Program-made: the position numbers and the translations under genes
NCBI RefSeq assembly: GCF_002019665.1
Contig: NZ_KV917375.1
Span: 2,490,702-2,522,701, forward strand
Length of the DNA: 32,000 nt
Reading direction: 5' to 3'
DNA from: Sutcliffiella halmapala
GTDB taxonomy: Bacteria; Bacillota; Bacilli; Bacillales; Bacillaceae_I
Shown: piece after piece, positions 16,377-24,731 of the stretch
Numbering within the stretch: the stretch's first letter is position 1
Layout: every line of letters begins with the position of its first letter
The notes under the pieces: generated by a model
Seen by the model: only the letters and a program-made list of their open reading frames with translations
The model's database searches: none
What the model was told of the DNA's origin: nothing

Positions 16377-19082
16377 TTATGCTTTTAGTTTGTCACGTAA
16401 TACCATTGGAAGGATTCCACCATGACGGTAGTAATCAATTTCAATGTCACTATCAAAACGAACTAATGCGTCAAATTCTTTTTTGTTTCCTTCTTCATCT
16501 ATTGCAGTAACTTTTACAAAATCACGTGGTTTAACGGACTCATCCACTTGAACTTCAAATGTTTCTTTTCCGTTTAATCCTAGGATTTCAGCGCTTTCGC
16601 CTTCTTTAAACTGTAAAGGTAACACACCCATAAGAACTAAGTTACTACGGTGAATTCTTTCGTAGCTCTCCGCGATAACTGTTTTAATTCCAAGTAAGTT
16701 CGTTCCTTTTGCAGCCCAGTCACGAGAGCTTCCCATTCCGTAATCTTTTCCTGCTATTACCATTAGGCCAGTTCCATCTTCTTTATACTTCATGCAAGCA
16801 TCATAGATAGACATCACATCATTTGTTGGCCAATACGTCGTCCATCCACCCTCTGTACCTGGAGCAACCTGGTTACGAATACGGATGTTAGCAAATGTTC
16901 CACGCATCATTACTTCGTGGTTACCGCGTCTAGAACCATAAGAGTTGAAATCACGTGGAGCTACGCCATTAGCTTGTAAGTATTTACCTGCAGGCGTATC
17001 CTTTCCGATTGAACCAGCTGGTGAAATGTGGTCTGTTGTAACAGAATCCGCAAATTTACCAACAACACGTAGACCATTTAATGGTGCTACCACACCTGGC
17101 TCTGGTTGTAATCCTTCAAAGAATGGAGGATTTTGAATGTATGTGGAATCATTATCCCATGTGTAAAGTGCTTCATCAGACGTTTGGATTTCATTCCAAC
17201 GAGCATTATCATCAAAAACATGCTCATATTCTCTACGGAATAGCTCAGGAGTTACAGTAGTTTTCACTACTTCCTTTACTTCTTCCATGGAAGGCCAGAT
17301 ATCTTTGAAGAATACATCGTTTCCATCTTTGTCTTGACCAAGTACGTCGTTTTGAAGGTCAACGTCAACCGTACCAGTTAGTGCATATGCCACTACTAGA
17401 GGTGGGGATGCTAGGTAGTTACCTTTTACTAACGGATGAATACGACCTTCAAAGTTACGGTTACCAGATAGTACAGATGTCACTAGTAAGTCGTTTGCAG
17501 CAATTGCTTCTTCAATTTCATCCTCTAATGGACCAGAGTTACCAATACACGTTGTACAACCATATCCAACGATATTGAAACCTAAAGTATCTAGATATGG
17601 TAGTAAACCGGAATCTTGCAAGTATCCTGTTACAACCTTAGATCCTGGTGCTAAAGACGTTTTCACATAGCTAGGTACACTTAGTCCCAACTCTACTGCT
17701 TTCTTCGCCACTAATCCGGCAGCAACTAACACGTATGGGTTAGAAGTATTGGTACAGGATGTAATAGCTGCTATAGCAATTGCGCCAGTTTTCATTGTTG
17801 TTTTTTCACCAGAAGCTAATGTGAATTCTACTTCTTTGTTAATATCAGTAGGTGTTAAACCATAGCCTTGGTTCCCTTGTGGTGCAACTAATGCATTATG
17901 GAATGTTTCTTTCATCATCGAAAGTGGAACAAGATCTTGTGGACGTTTAGGTCCAGAAAGATTTGGTTCAATTTCTGCTAAATCGATCTCTACAACGTTA
18001 GTGTAGATTGGATCTGCATCTGGGCTAAAGAATAAGCCGTTTGCTTTACAATATGCTTCTACTAGTTTGATTTGATCTTCGTCACGACCTGTTAAGCGCA
18101 TGTAGTCAAGGGACTCATCATCAACTGGGAAGAATCCACAAGTTGCTCCATATTCAGGTGCCATGTTCGCAATTGTTGCACGGTCTGCAAGTGGAAGTTC
18201 AGATACACCAGGACCAAAGAATTCAACAAACTTACCAACTACTCCATTTTTACGAAGTACTTGTGTAACTTTTAACGCTAAATCTGTTGCAGTTGTGCCA
18301 TTTGGTAAAGTTCCAGTAAGCTTCACACCTACTACTTCTGGTACTGGGAAGTATGAAGGTTGGCCAAGCATTCCAGCTTCTGCTTCAATACCACCTACAC
18401 CCCATCCAAGTACACCGATACCATTAATCATTGTTGTATGAGAATCTGTTCCAACAAGTGTATCTGGGAATGTTACCAATTCACCATTTTCTTCTACAGC
18501 GTGAACCACATTTGCTAAGTACTCAAGGTTAACTTGGTGAACGATACCAGTTGCTGGTGGTACTGCGCGATAGTTGTCAAAAGATTTCTTTGCCCAGCTT
18601 AGGAACTTGTAACGCTCTGCATTACGTTCGAATTCGAGCTTCATATTGAAGTCTAATGAATCGAATGAACCTGCTTTATCAACTTGTACAGAGTGGTCAA
18701 TAACAAGATCCACTGGGATTTCAGGGTTGATTTTATCCGGGTTTCCACCAAGATCAGCCATTGCCTTACGTAAAGAAGCTAAATCTACAACTGCTGGAAC
18801 TCCTGTAAAGTCTTGTAGGATAACACGAGATGGTTTGAAAGGTACATCTATCTCTCTTTGCTCATCTGTGCCCCATTTAGCTAAATTTTCAACATGCTCT
18901 TTTGTAATTACACGACCGTCTACTTGACGTAAAACGGACTCCAATAATACTTTGATGGAATATGGCAGACGAGAAACGTTGCCAACATTTGCATCTTCAA
19001 GCGCTTGCAAAGAATAGTAATGATACGTTTTGCCGTTGACATCAAAGGATGCACGTGCGTTAAAAAAATCTTTTTTCGTCAT
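16377..19082 (-). CDS. citB: Aconitate hydratase A (aconitase)
   Basis: 901 aa, full-length aconitase pattern. The Fe-S ligand regions are TSCTNTSNP and [19 protein letters not shown] and the C-terminal swivel domain SSRDWAAKG are present. Confidence 0.95.
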   Translation of the reverse strand: MTKKDFFNARASFDVNGKTYHYYSLQALEDANVGNVSRLPYSIKVLLESVLRQVDGRVITKEHVENLAKWGTDEQREIDVPFKPSRVILQDFTGVPAVVDLASLRKAMADLGGNPDKINPEIPVDLVIDHSVQVDKAGSFDSLDFNMKLEFERNAERYKFLSWAKKSFDNYRAVPPATGIVHQVNLEYLANVVHAVEENGELVTFPDTLVGTDSHTTMINGIGVLGWGVGGIEAEAGMLGQPSYFPVPEVVGVKLTGTLPNGTTATDLALKVTQVLRKNGVVGKFVEFFGPGVSELPLADRATIANMAPEYGATCGFFPVDDESLDYMRLTGRDEDQIKLVEAYCKANGLFFSPDADPIYTNVVEIDLAEIEPNLSGPKRPQDLVPLSMMKETFHNALVAPQGNQGYGLTPTDINKEVEFTLASGEKTTMKTGAIAIAAITSCTNTSNPYVLVAAGLVAKKAVELGLSVPSYVKTSLAPGSKVVTGYLQDSGLLPYLDTLGFNIVGYGCTTCIGNSGPLEDEIEEAIAANDLLVTSVLSGNRNFEGRIHPLVKGNYLASPPLVVAYALTGTVDVDLQNDVLGQDKDGNDVFFKDIWPSMEEVKEVVKTTVTPELFRREYEHVFDDNARWNEIQTSDEALYTWDNDSTYIQNPPFFEGLQPEPGVVAPLNGLRVVGKFADSVTTDHISPAGSIGKDTPAGKYLQANGVAPRDFNSYGSRRGNHEVMMRGTFANIRIRNQVAPGTEGGWTTYWPTNDVMSIYDACMKYKEDGTGLMVIAGKDYGMGSSRDWAAKGTNLLGIKTVIAESYERIHRSNLVLMGVLPLQFKEGESAEILGLNGKETFEVQVDESVKPRDFVKVTAIDEEGNKKEFDALVRFDSDIEIDYYRHGGILPMVLRDKLKA

Positions 19083-19153
19083 ATGTATTACCCCCTGCTA
19101 CTCATAGTTTAATAGGACTTCGCTATGATTAATTAATAGGCATTGAAAAACAA

Positions 19154-19171
19154 GCTTTCTATATAGAAAGC
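19154..19171. promoter_or_regulatory. Perfect 18-bp palindrome GCTTTCTATATAGAAAGC upstream of citB (candidate operator or hairpin)
   Basis: The palindrome is read directly from the sequence. It lies 72-89 nt upstream of the citB ATG. Any function is inferred. Confidence 0.3.
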
Positions 19172-19330
19172 GTTTGCGATTGTTTTTCTTTGAGACAAAA
19201 TACGAGTAATTTCTCCCACCAAATAGTCCTTACGACATTATCTTAATACAACATTTAACATAAGTAAATATCAATAAAGTTATCAAATACAATAAGTTAC
19301 TCTTATCTTTCATAATATTCCACAAATACA

Positions 19331-19359
19331 TGCATTTCAAACGTTGGGAAAGAATACTA
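19331..19359 (+). promoter_or_regulatory. Candidate forespore (sigma-G-type) promoter of sspO
   Basis: TGCATT, then 16 nt, then AATACTA, ending 18 nt before the sspO ATG. This resembles the GnATA ... CATnnTA sigma-G pattern. Matching was by eye only. Confidence 0.35.
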
Positions 19360-19376
19360 ATAGGGAGGTGAAAAAG

Positions 19377-19526
19377 ATGGCAAAAAGAAAGGCAAACCAT
19401 GTCATTGAAGGCATGAACGCAGCAAGTGCACAAGGACAAGGTGCAGGATATAATGAGGAATATTCCAATGAACCTTTGACAGAAGAACAGAAGCAAAATA
19501 ATAAAAAACGAAAGAAAAATCAGTAA
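19377..19526 (+). CDS. sspO: Small acid-soluble spore protein O (49 aa)
   Basis: The product from ATG 19377 (RBS GGGAGGTG) is [49 protein letters not shown], closely matching the B. subtilis SspO pattern ([11 protein letters not shown]...GAGY...NNKKRK.NQ). The track ORF start at 19344 is not supported. Confidence 0.85.
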   Translation: MAKRKANHVIEGMNAASAQGQGAGYNEEYSNEPLTEEQKQNNKKRKKNQ

Positions 19527-19554
19527 TCGCTCAAACAATAAAATATTATATCAG

Positions 19555-19588
19555 AGCAAGTGGTTCACGACTGCTTGCTTTTTATTTT
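19555..19588 (+). terminator. Rho-independent terminator after sspO
   Basis: AGCAAGTGG-ttcacga-CTGCTTGCT followed by TTTTTATTTT. Confidence 0.7.
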
Positions 19589-19635
19589 GTGACAAGTTTT
19601 GAAATCTTATAAAACATTATTGGTTTTCTTTTTTT

Positions 19636-19815
19636 GATTTTCAGGGAATGTTTGGACGGACGATCTGATGCTCTGTTTTTCCTCCTCCTCCAAATTCATG
19701 ACCTTAACCTGTCACTCTGATGTCCTCCTTATCCCCCTATTCCATATTCATGACCTCAGTCCGTCGCACTCGTGCCCTGCTTTTCCCCATTATCCATTTT
19801 CAGAACCTCCATTGG
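19636..19815. repeat. Tandem array of about 3.5 degenerate ~52-55-bp repeats
   Basis: The unit anchor TTCA(T/G)GA(A/C)C recurs at 19640, 19695, 19747 and 19799 (spacings 55, 52, 52). Units 2 and 3 share TTCATGACCT...GTC.CACTC.TG..CCT.C.T.TCCCC..ATT.TCCAT. Confidence 0.75.
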
Positions 19816-19830
19816 GAGAGAAAAACTTCG

Positions 19831-19876
19831 AAAAATAAAAAAACTACCTAACCGATAATCCCCAACAGTTAGGTAG
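19831..19876 (-). terminator. Rho-independent terminator after the 86-aa gene
   Basis: Minus-strand hairpin CTACCTAAC-15 nt-GTTAGGTAG followed by TTTTTTTATTTTT. Confidence 0.75.
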
Positions 19877-19886
19877 CTTTCGAATA

Positions 19887-20147
19887 TTATTCCTCCAAAG
19901 TTCCTTGTTGTAAAATAGTATTCAAATCCTGCTGAAATTGCATAAGTTGAGGACGTTGTGTCTCAGATGCAACCTCTAATGCATTGTTAATTTGTTCCAT
20001 TGCTTCATTTACTTCATTTTCAAGACGTTTGAAGTCATGACCATAGTCCGGGTCGTTTCTGACAATCGCTTCGTATACATCTCTTGCTTGCTCGGTCCCT
20101 TGCTGGGCTGCTTGAAACGCTTGTTGCTTATTTTTATGGTAAGGCAT
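19887..20147 (-). CDS. Hypothetical 86-aa Gln/Glu-rich helical protein
   Basis: Good RBS (AAAGGAG, 9-nt spacer) and its own strong terminator. No family recognised. It lies antisense between sspO and sspP. Confidence 0.55.
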   Translation of the reverse strand: MPYHKNKQQAFQAAQQGTEQARDVYEAIVRNDPDYGHDFKRLENEVNEAMEQINNALEVASETQRPQLMQFQQDLNTILQQGTLEE

Positions 20148-20226
20148 GGATGTTCGCTCCTTTGTAGAAAATTATAGCTCTACCTATACTGCCCATAATC
20201 CCAAAAATTATTCCTAAAAACACTCC

Positions 20227-20255
20227 GAATAAACGCAATGATTTTTCAAAAACTA
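20227..20255 (+). promoter_or_regulatory. Candidate forespore (sigma-G-type) promoter of sspP
   Basis: GAATA, then 17 nt, then AAAACTA, ending 20 nt before the sspP ATG. Matching was by eye only. Confidence 0.35.
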
Positions 20256-20275
20256 ATAGCAAAGGAGGAGATAAT

Positions 20276-20419
20276 ATGAACAAAAATGATCATAAAGATA
20301 TGAAGAAAAACGCACCAAAAGGAGATCAACCAGGTCAACCTGAACCATTAAGCGGTTCCCACAAGGTAAAGAACCGTAACCATACTCGACAAAAGCATAA
20401 CTCAAGTCATGATATGTAA
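20276..20419 (+). CDS. sspP: Small acid-soluble spore protein P (47 aa)
   Basis: Not in the ORF track. My translation is [47 protein letters not shown], which matches the B. subtilis SspP pattern ([34 protein letters not shown]). RBS AAAGGAGGAG. Confidence 0.85.
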   Translation: MNKNDHKDMKKNAPKGDQPGQPEPLSGSHKVKNRNHTRQKHNSSHDM

Positions 20420-20536
20420 CTAACCTAAGTAGCTTTATTATTAGAGAGGTTCCCCTTGCTCCATCGTTACAAATCGTATAAACCGTACGATTTTACTTAA
20501 TGATGCTGCTTGGGGGAAACCATTTCAGAAGAATAC

Positions 20537-20773
20537 CTAATCAAGAAACTCACCAAATTCTTCATCATCATTATTAACCTGGAAACACTTCTTACCACAC
20601 ACTTTTACTACACTTATTTTTGTAAAAGTTTTAATATGAGTTCCTGAATTTCCACTTCCTGAACCAGTAACTCCTGTTTCTTCTGCAATAGGACAAATCT
20701 TAAAAATGTTTCCGAAATTCACGACACCACCGCTTACTTCCTTAATAACGACCTTATTAATAAAACAAGCCAT
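20537..20773 (-). CDS. GerPA/GerPF family spore germination protein-like (orphan copy)
   Basis: VSGGVVNFGNIFKICPIAEETGVTGSGSGNSG parallels the GerPF core (GGVVNFGD.....SPK......GSGSGN). The likely start is ATG 20773 (RBS AAAGGAG); the track ORF starts at GTG 20782. The acidic C-terminal tail DDEEFGEFLD is atypical. Confidence 0.65.
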   Translation of the reverse strand: MACFINKVVIKEVSGGVVNFGNIFKICPIAEETGVTGSGSGNSGTHIKTFTKISVVKVCGKKCFQVNNDDEEFGEFLD

Positions 20774-20848
20774 CTCCGCCACTCCTTTTTCTTTTAGCGT
20801 ATGAGGGCATGTTTATGCTTGTATAGGTGGACGTCTTAAACTAACAAC

Positions 20849-21343
20849 TCATTTTTTATAAAATCTTTTGAGATACTCCTGCCAGTCCTCTTCTGTCCAC
20901 TTTGTTTTATTTTTTTCTTGCAAGAATGCTTTTTTCCATTGTCGTTTCTTGTTTTCTACTTCATTTGCCTGAATACTACTTTGGTTTAAGGCTTGAGCCC
21001 GAATCTCATCCAACAAATGGCTTTGAGGCTGGGTTAACCTTGATAAATACGGGTTAAGAACGTTCTTAATAACCTTAGCTAATAAGACTAATGTGAGAAG
21101 CACTTTGAAAAATATATGTATAGGTAGAATGACAATAACGATGAAAGTCACTATTAAAAAGCTCCAGAATTTAACTCCCTTACTTTTAATGACATCATCT
21201 TTACATTCTATTTTGTTAAGTTCAATTTGGACTTGAAACTTAGATTCAATATGACAATCGACGCAATAAGGTTCGATTTCTTTATTAATGGAATTAAAGC
21301 GTTCAGCTAACAGTTTTTTATGTTTCGAGCAATATAAATCCAA
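20849..21343 (-). CDS. Hypothetical membrane protein with an N-terminal Cys/His cluster and a charged C-terminal tail
   Basis: 164 aa with a TTG start after GGAGG. The N-terminus has CSKH ... CVDCH. Central hydrophobic segments are FWSFLIVTFIVIVILPIHIFF and VLLTLVLLA. The Lys/Glu/Trp-rich C-terminus is on the same strand as, and 66-75 nt upstream of, the GerPF-like gene. Confidence 0.5.
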   Translation of the reverse strand: MDLYCSKHKKLLAERFNSINKEIEPYCVDCHIESKFQVQIELNKIECKDDVIKSKGVKFWSFLIVTFIVIVILPIHIFFKVLLTLVLLAKVIKNVLNPYLSRLTQPQSHLLDEIRAQALNQSSIQANEVENKKRQWKKAFLQEKNKTKWTEEDWQEYLKRFYKK

Positions 21344-21442
21344 TGTGAACCTCCAGCATATAACTTTTTATTTTATTATAACAATATTATAGTAAGTTCT
21401 GAAAGAAGCAAAAATGATGGTAGTTTATCCAATGGTAGACGC

Positions 21443-21496
21443 AAAATAAATAAGAGCCAAATCTAATGAATTTTTAGAATTGGCTCTCATTTTTTG
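21443..21496. terminator. Bidirectional hairpin terminator
   Basis: AGAGCCAA-19 nt-TTGGCTCT, flanked by AAAATAAATA on one side and CATTTTTTG on the other. Confidence 0.5.
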
Positions 21497-21520
21497 AATT
21501 ATTATAATTCAATTTCCATT

Positions 21521-21661
21521 TTAAGAATTGGATGCGCTTTTTAGATATGTATAAATAAAATTAATCTTTTCTTTTGCCTTCATGCCCTGGTTTACTATTA
21601 CAGTTGTATAAATCGTGGTTAAAAACAAACCTACGACAGCTAACCAAAACAATGTTTCCAT
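21521..21661 (-). CDS. Possible 46-aa hydrophobic peptide downstream of marR (speculative)
   Basis: Not in the ORF track. My translation is METLFWLAVVGLFLTTIYTTVIVNQGMKAKEKINFIYTYLKSASNS, with one predicted TM segment. It starts 33 nt after the MarR stop and ends just before the terminator. The RBS is weak (AAGAAG). Confidence 0.3.
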   Translation of the reverse strand: METLFWLAVVGLFLTTIYTTVIVNQGMKAKEKINFIYTYLKSASNS

Positions 21662-21694
21662 CTTCTTTTTTACAGTAAACAAGAAAGTTCCTCC

Positions 21695-22180
21695 CTAATC
21701 GTCACTTCCAGTTTTTACACGCGCTAACCAACTTCCATAGGTAATACTTCTATTTGAATACAATATTTTTTGGATAACATGCAGAAAGCTTTCCACTTCA
21801 CTTTCCGTTAAATGACTAATATCTAACGGAAATGTACTTATTTTATCCACTTCAGAAATTAAATCCTGTAATAGGATCATCCCAGAATCTGTGATTTTCA
21901 CCTCCTTATATTTAGGACGCTTATCTGGTGTGATAGTAATAAATCCTCTATTCTCCATCGGCTTAATTAACCGTGAAACTGTAGAGATATGCCAACCTCC
22001 TAGGTCGCTTAACTCAGACGGTGATAATATTTTGGATTTTGAGGAATACAGCAAAAACAAAACGTGCTGCTGTGCTGGTGATATATTGTGGTTTTTTCCT
22101 AGCTCTGCCCATTTTTCCTCTACACAAAAATATAAAGCTCTTATCATCAACAATAAATTCTGCTTCAATAATAAATCCAT
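21695..22180 (-). CDS. MarR family transcriptional regulator
   Basis: Winged-helix pattern ISPAQQHVLFLLYSS...LSPSELSDLGGWHISTVSRLIKPMENRGFITITPD. ATG 22180 is the preferred start (RBS GAGGTG); the track ORF begins at GTG 22189. Confidence 0.8.
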   Translation of the reverse strand: MDLLLKQNLLLMIRALYFCVEEKWAELGKNHNISPAQQHVLFLLYSSKSKILSPSELSDLGGWHISTVSRLIKPMENRGFITITPDKRPKYKEVKITDSGMILLQDLISEVDKISTFPLDISHLTESEVESFLHVIQKILYSNRSITYGSWLARVKTGSDD

Positions 22181-22217
22181 ATTTTTCACCTCACTTGTAA
22201 ATACAACTGAGAATATT

Positions 22218-22236
22218 ATTTCTCAAAGATAGAAAT
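22218..22236. promoter_or_regulatory. Inverted repeat ATTTCT-N7-AGAAAT upstream of marR (candidate operator)
   Basis: The repeat is read directly from the sequence, 38-56 nt upstream of the MarR start. Any function is inferred. Confidence 0.25.
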
Positions 22237-22415
22237 TTATTCAAAATCACTCAACGCAAAAAGACCCCCTTTTCCCATAACTTAGGGAGGGTGTCTCTAT
22301 AGTGGAGGATAAAGTTAGACTTATTTAAACTTAAAAATAGCTCAAACCCATGTTATTAAAAAGAGTATCTTTTTTAACTCAAACCTCTAGAGTTCGATAA
22401 GATAATAATTAGAAC

Positions 22416-22793
22416 TTAATATACTTCCCTCAATATCTTTTCAATCGTTGTTTTTTGCTCTTCAAACAATATTTTGTATTTCTTTTTCAAAATTTCGAAG
22501 TAAACTTCTCCGTCCTGCGTCACACTATAATTATATAATACTTGACGTTTTCCTTTTATTTCTTTCCTCTTTGTCAGAAATCCCTCTGCCGACATATCAT
22601 GTAAAGCATTTAATAATGTAGATGGAGCTGGTTGCCAGTTTCGAGTAATGAATTTAAATTCATCTTTAAACTCTTCCGCAATCATCGTTGGTCTTTTATG
22701 AAGAAGGTAAAGAATGTAAAATTTAGTGAATTGTGCAGCAGTCATATTTAATGCGAATTTTTTTGGATTTTTGTATTCTTCTTTATCTGACAT
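22416..22793 (-). CDS. PadR-like winged-helix transcriptional regulator
   Basis: 125 aa. ILYLLHKRPTMIAEEF...PSTLLNALHDMSAEGFLTKRKEIKGKRQVLYNYSVTQDG follows the PadR layout (ILxLL..P....E......S.G.LY..L..L...G......R..Y.T..G). RBS AAAGGAG. Confidence 0.7.
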   Translation of the reverse strand: MSDKEEYKNPKKFALNMTAAQFTKFYILYLLHKRPTMIAEEFKDEFKFITRNWQPAPSTLLNALHDMSAEGFLTKRKEIKGKRQVLYNYSVTQDGEVYFEILKKKYKILFEEQKTTIEKILREVY

Positions 22794-22829
22794 GAAAAAG
22801 CTCCTTTCATCATTAAATTTGCTACTTTT

Positions 22830-22858
22830 ATTATACTACTAAGTCGTATTATGTAGTA
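22830..22858 (-). promoter_or_regulatory. Candidate padR promoter -10 (TATAAT) overlapped by the inverted repeat TACTAC-N13-GTAGTA
   Basis: Minus-strand TATAAT lies at 22835..22830. The inverted-repeat arms are at 22834-22839 and 22853-22858, 40-65 nt upstream of the PadR ATG. Confidence 0.3.
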
Positions 22859-23050
22859 AATAATATTTTGATTATTTGGGTAATTAACAAAACCTATGAT
22901 ATTCCGTTTAATTAGCGATTATTTCCGAGGTTTCTTTCTTTTTCAATATCTCCTAGCTGCGGTTTTTGGTTTTTTAACGTTCTGAGTTGCTAGTAAGTAT
23001 GAAGAAGTTCTCTGTTTTGTTACCCTCTCTCAACAGAATTAGATTGAAAC

Positions 23051-23083
23051 ACAAAAAGACGCTAATACTAAGCGTCTTTTTGT
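23051..23083. terminator. Symmetric rho-independent terminator after the GGDEF gene
   Basis: ACAAAAAGACGCT-aatacta-AGCGTCTTTTTGT. Confidence 0.7.
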
Positions 23084-23159
23084 GTTATAAAGCTCCTATA
23101 TTAAATTAATTAAAAGAGTAAAGCATTTCTGTCATAAAAAAACCTTATTTGTAGTTACA

Positions 23160-24731
23160 TTACTTAACGTACTGGAGAACGGGACTATAAGAGTAAACGC
23201 AATTTCTACCATTTCTTTTGGCAACGTATAACGCTTGGTCAGCCTGTTCCATCAGCCTTTGTATGATTTGTCGGTCATCCGCTCTTGTAACTAGTGAAGA
23301 AGCTACTCCAAAGCTAGATGTAACTAAAATTTCTCTTGTGTTGATTTTAATTGAACTCTCCGAAATTTTCTTGCGAAGGGTATTTGCAATATCATATGCC
23401 ATAGATAAAGAAGTATCAGGTAAACATATGATAAACTCCTCGCCTCCATAACGACCAATAATGTCCGTTTCACGTAAATTTTGTTTCGCTACATGCGCGA
23501 CATGAGTTAATACTCTGTCTCCAGTTTCATGGCCGTATGTATCATTCACAGTTTTAAATAGATCGATATCAAACATAATGACGGATAAATCCCCACCTTT
23601 TATGGCAAGTTCATCCAAGGTTTTTTCTGAATTTTTCATAAAAAAAGTCCTATTGTATACTAGCGTTAATCCATCGATACTCGCTAATTTTTGTAGTTGC
23701 TCTTGTGTATTTACTCTTTCGGTTACATCGGAAAATGTGATAATTTGGCCGATATGTAGATTGCTTTTATTAACCAATGATGTAAATCGAATTTGATAGT
23801 GTAGCAATCTTTTTTCTACATCCATATCAAAATCAATTTGCTTCTCTTGCCTAATAATTTGGTAAAGCTTTTGATTGTCACTAAGTACTTCTTCGATCGA
23901 CCTTCCAATTACGTGTTTCTTAAATTGAGGGATAACTGTTTGAATCGCATTGTTGTAATCAACAATTACTTTATTTTGATTTAATACAATGACCCCTTCC
24001 TTCATGTTTTCGAATACTTTATCTCGTGCAATCGGAGATACATTAAACATTTGATAGGAGACTAAAGCTACGAAATGTAGTAAAAAAGTGATACTCATAG
24101 ACACTGGTCCGAGGTCAATTCCATATGGACTCATGCCATTTATATAGAAATGATTTGCTATGAGAGGAATAATAAGTCCAGCTACCATCGTTAATACTTG
24201 CATGCGAAATCTAAACAATGATTTCTTTAATTGCATAAGCAAAATAATCACACTTAACATGATGCATACAAATAAAAACATAGAATGAACATAAAACCAC
24301 GGCCCACCCTCTAACTGTAGAATAGGAAATGGGGTGTCATTTCGGACTTCCATCGATGTGTAGTATAAGTGATGAAGATCATTTGTATTGTGCATAAAGA
24401 TTGTAATGATAGGTGTAGCAAAAAGGAGATAGTAAATCCATTGGTTGATTTTGTGTCCAACATAGTCCAAACACATTAAGAGAATCAATACTGGTATGAA
24501 CGGCATAGCAAGATATTCGATACTTAGCCAAAATTTCATTTGCTCTATGGATATGCTCGCTAACTCAAAACAGTATGCAAAAGTGAAAATTGTGGACATT
24601 AACGTTACTAATATATAATATTTTGCACCTGGTGCATCTTTCATCTTGAAAAATGCATACACGCATAAAAAAAGACTTAATGAACCTGCTAGCATTACTA
24701 CTACTATATACATCAATAATTCTTGTGCCAT
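23160..24731 (-). CDS. Membrane-bound diguanylate cyclase (N-terminal 7TM sensor domain, PAS-like linker, GGDEF)
   Basis: 523 aa. About 7 hydrophobic helices in the first 230 aa resemble the histidine-kinase N-terminal 7TM module. The active site is RYGGEEFI. An RxxD I-site (RETD) lies 5 residues upstream. DIDLFKTVNDTYGH is also present. Confidence 0.85.
   Translation of the reverse strand: MAQELLMYIVVVMLAGSLSLFLCVYAFFKMKDAPGAKYYILVTLMSTIFTFAYCFELASISIEQMKFWLSIEYLAMPFIPVLILLMCLDYVGHKINQWIYYLLFATPIITIFMHNTNDLHHLYYTSMEVRNDTPFPILQLEGGPWFYVHSMFLFVCIMLSVIILLMQLKKSLFRFRMQVLTMVAGLIIPLIANHFYINGMSPYGIDLGPVSMSITFLLHFVALVSYQMFNVSPIARDKVFENMKEGVIVLNQNKVIVDYNNAIQTVIPQFKKHVIGRSIEEVLSDNQKLYQIIRQEKQIDFDMDVEKRLLHYQIRFTSLVNKSNLHIGQIITFSDVTERVNTQEQLQKLASIDGLTLVYNRTFFMKNSEKTLDELAIKGGDLSVIMFDIDLFKTVNDTYGHETGDRVLTHVAHVAKQNLRETDIIGRYGGEEFIICLPDTSLSMAYDIANTLRKKISESSIKINTREILVTSSFGVASSLVTRADDRQIIQRLMEQADQALYVAKRNGRNCVYSYSPVLQYVK

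Noticed and set aside
16945-18927. Plus-strand ORFs inside citB (16945-17136, 17381-17578, 18163-18441, 18646-18927)
   Set aside because: These are antisense shadows of a 901-aa conserved aconitase gene. They show Pro/Ser/Thr-rich nonsense composition.
19230-19538. 102-aa minus-strand hydrophobic ORF
   Set aside because: It is antisense to sspO and its promoter and spans the citB upstream region. It is an AT-rich artefact with no RBS.
15256-23083. Similar hairpins GATTGAAAAAGACGCTAAG... (15253-15288) and GATTGAAACACAAAAAGACGCTAAT... (23042-23083) as possible att-like direct repeats
   Set aside because: Both are ordinary terminator stems placed right after genes. They bracket core genes (yneN, citB, sspO/P) rather than accessory DNA, and the shared stretch is short.
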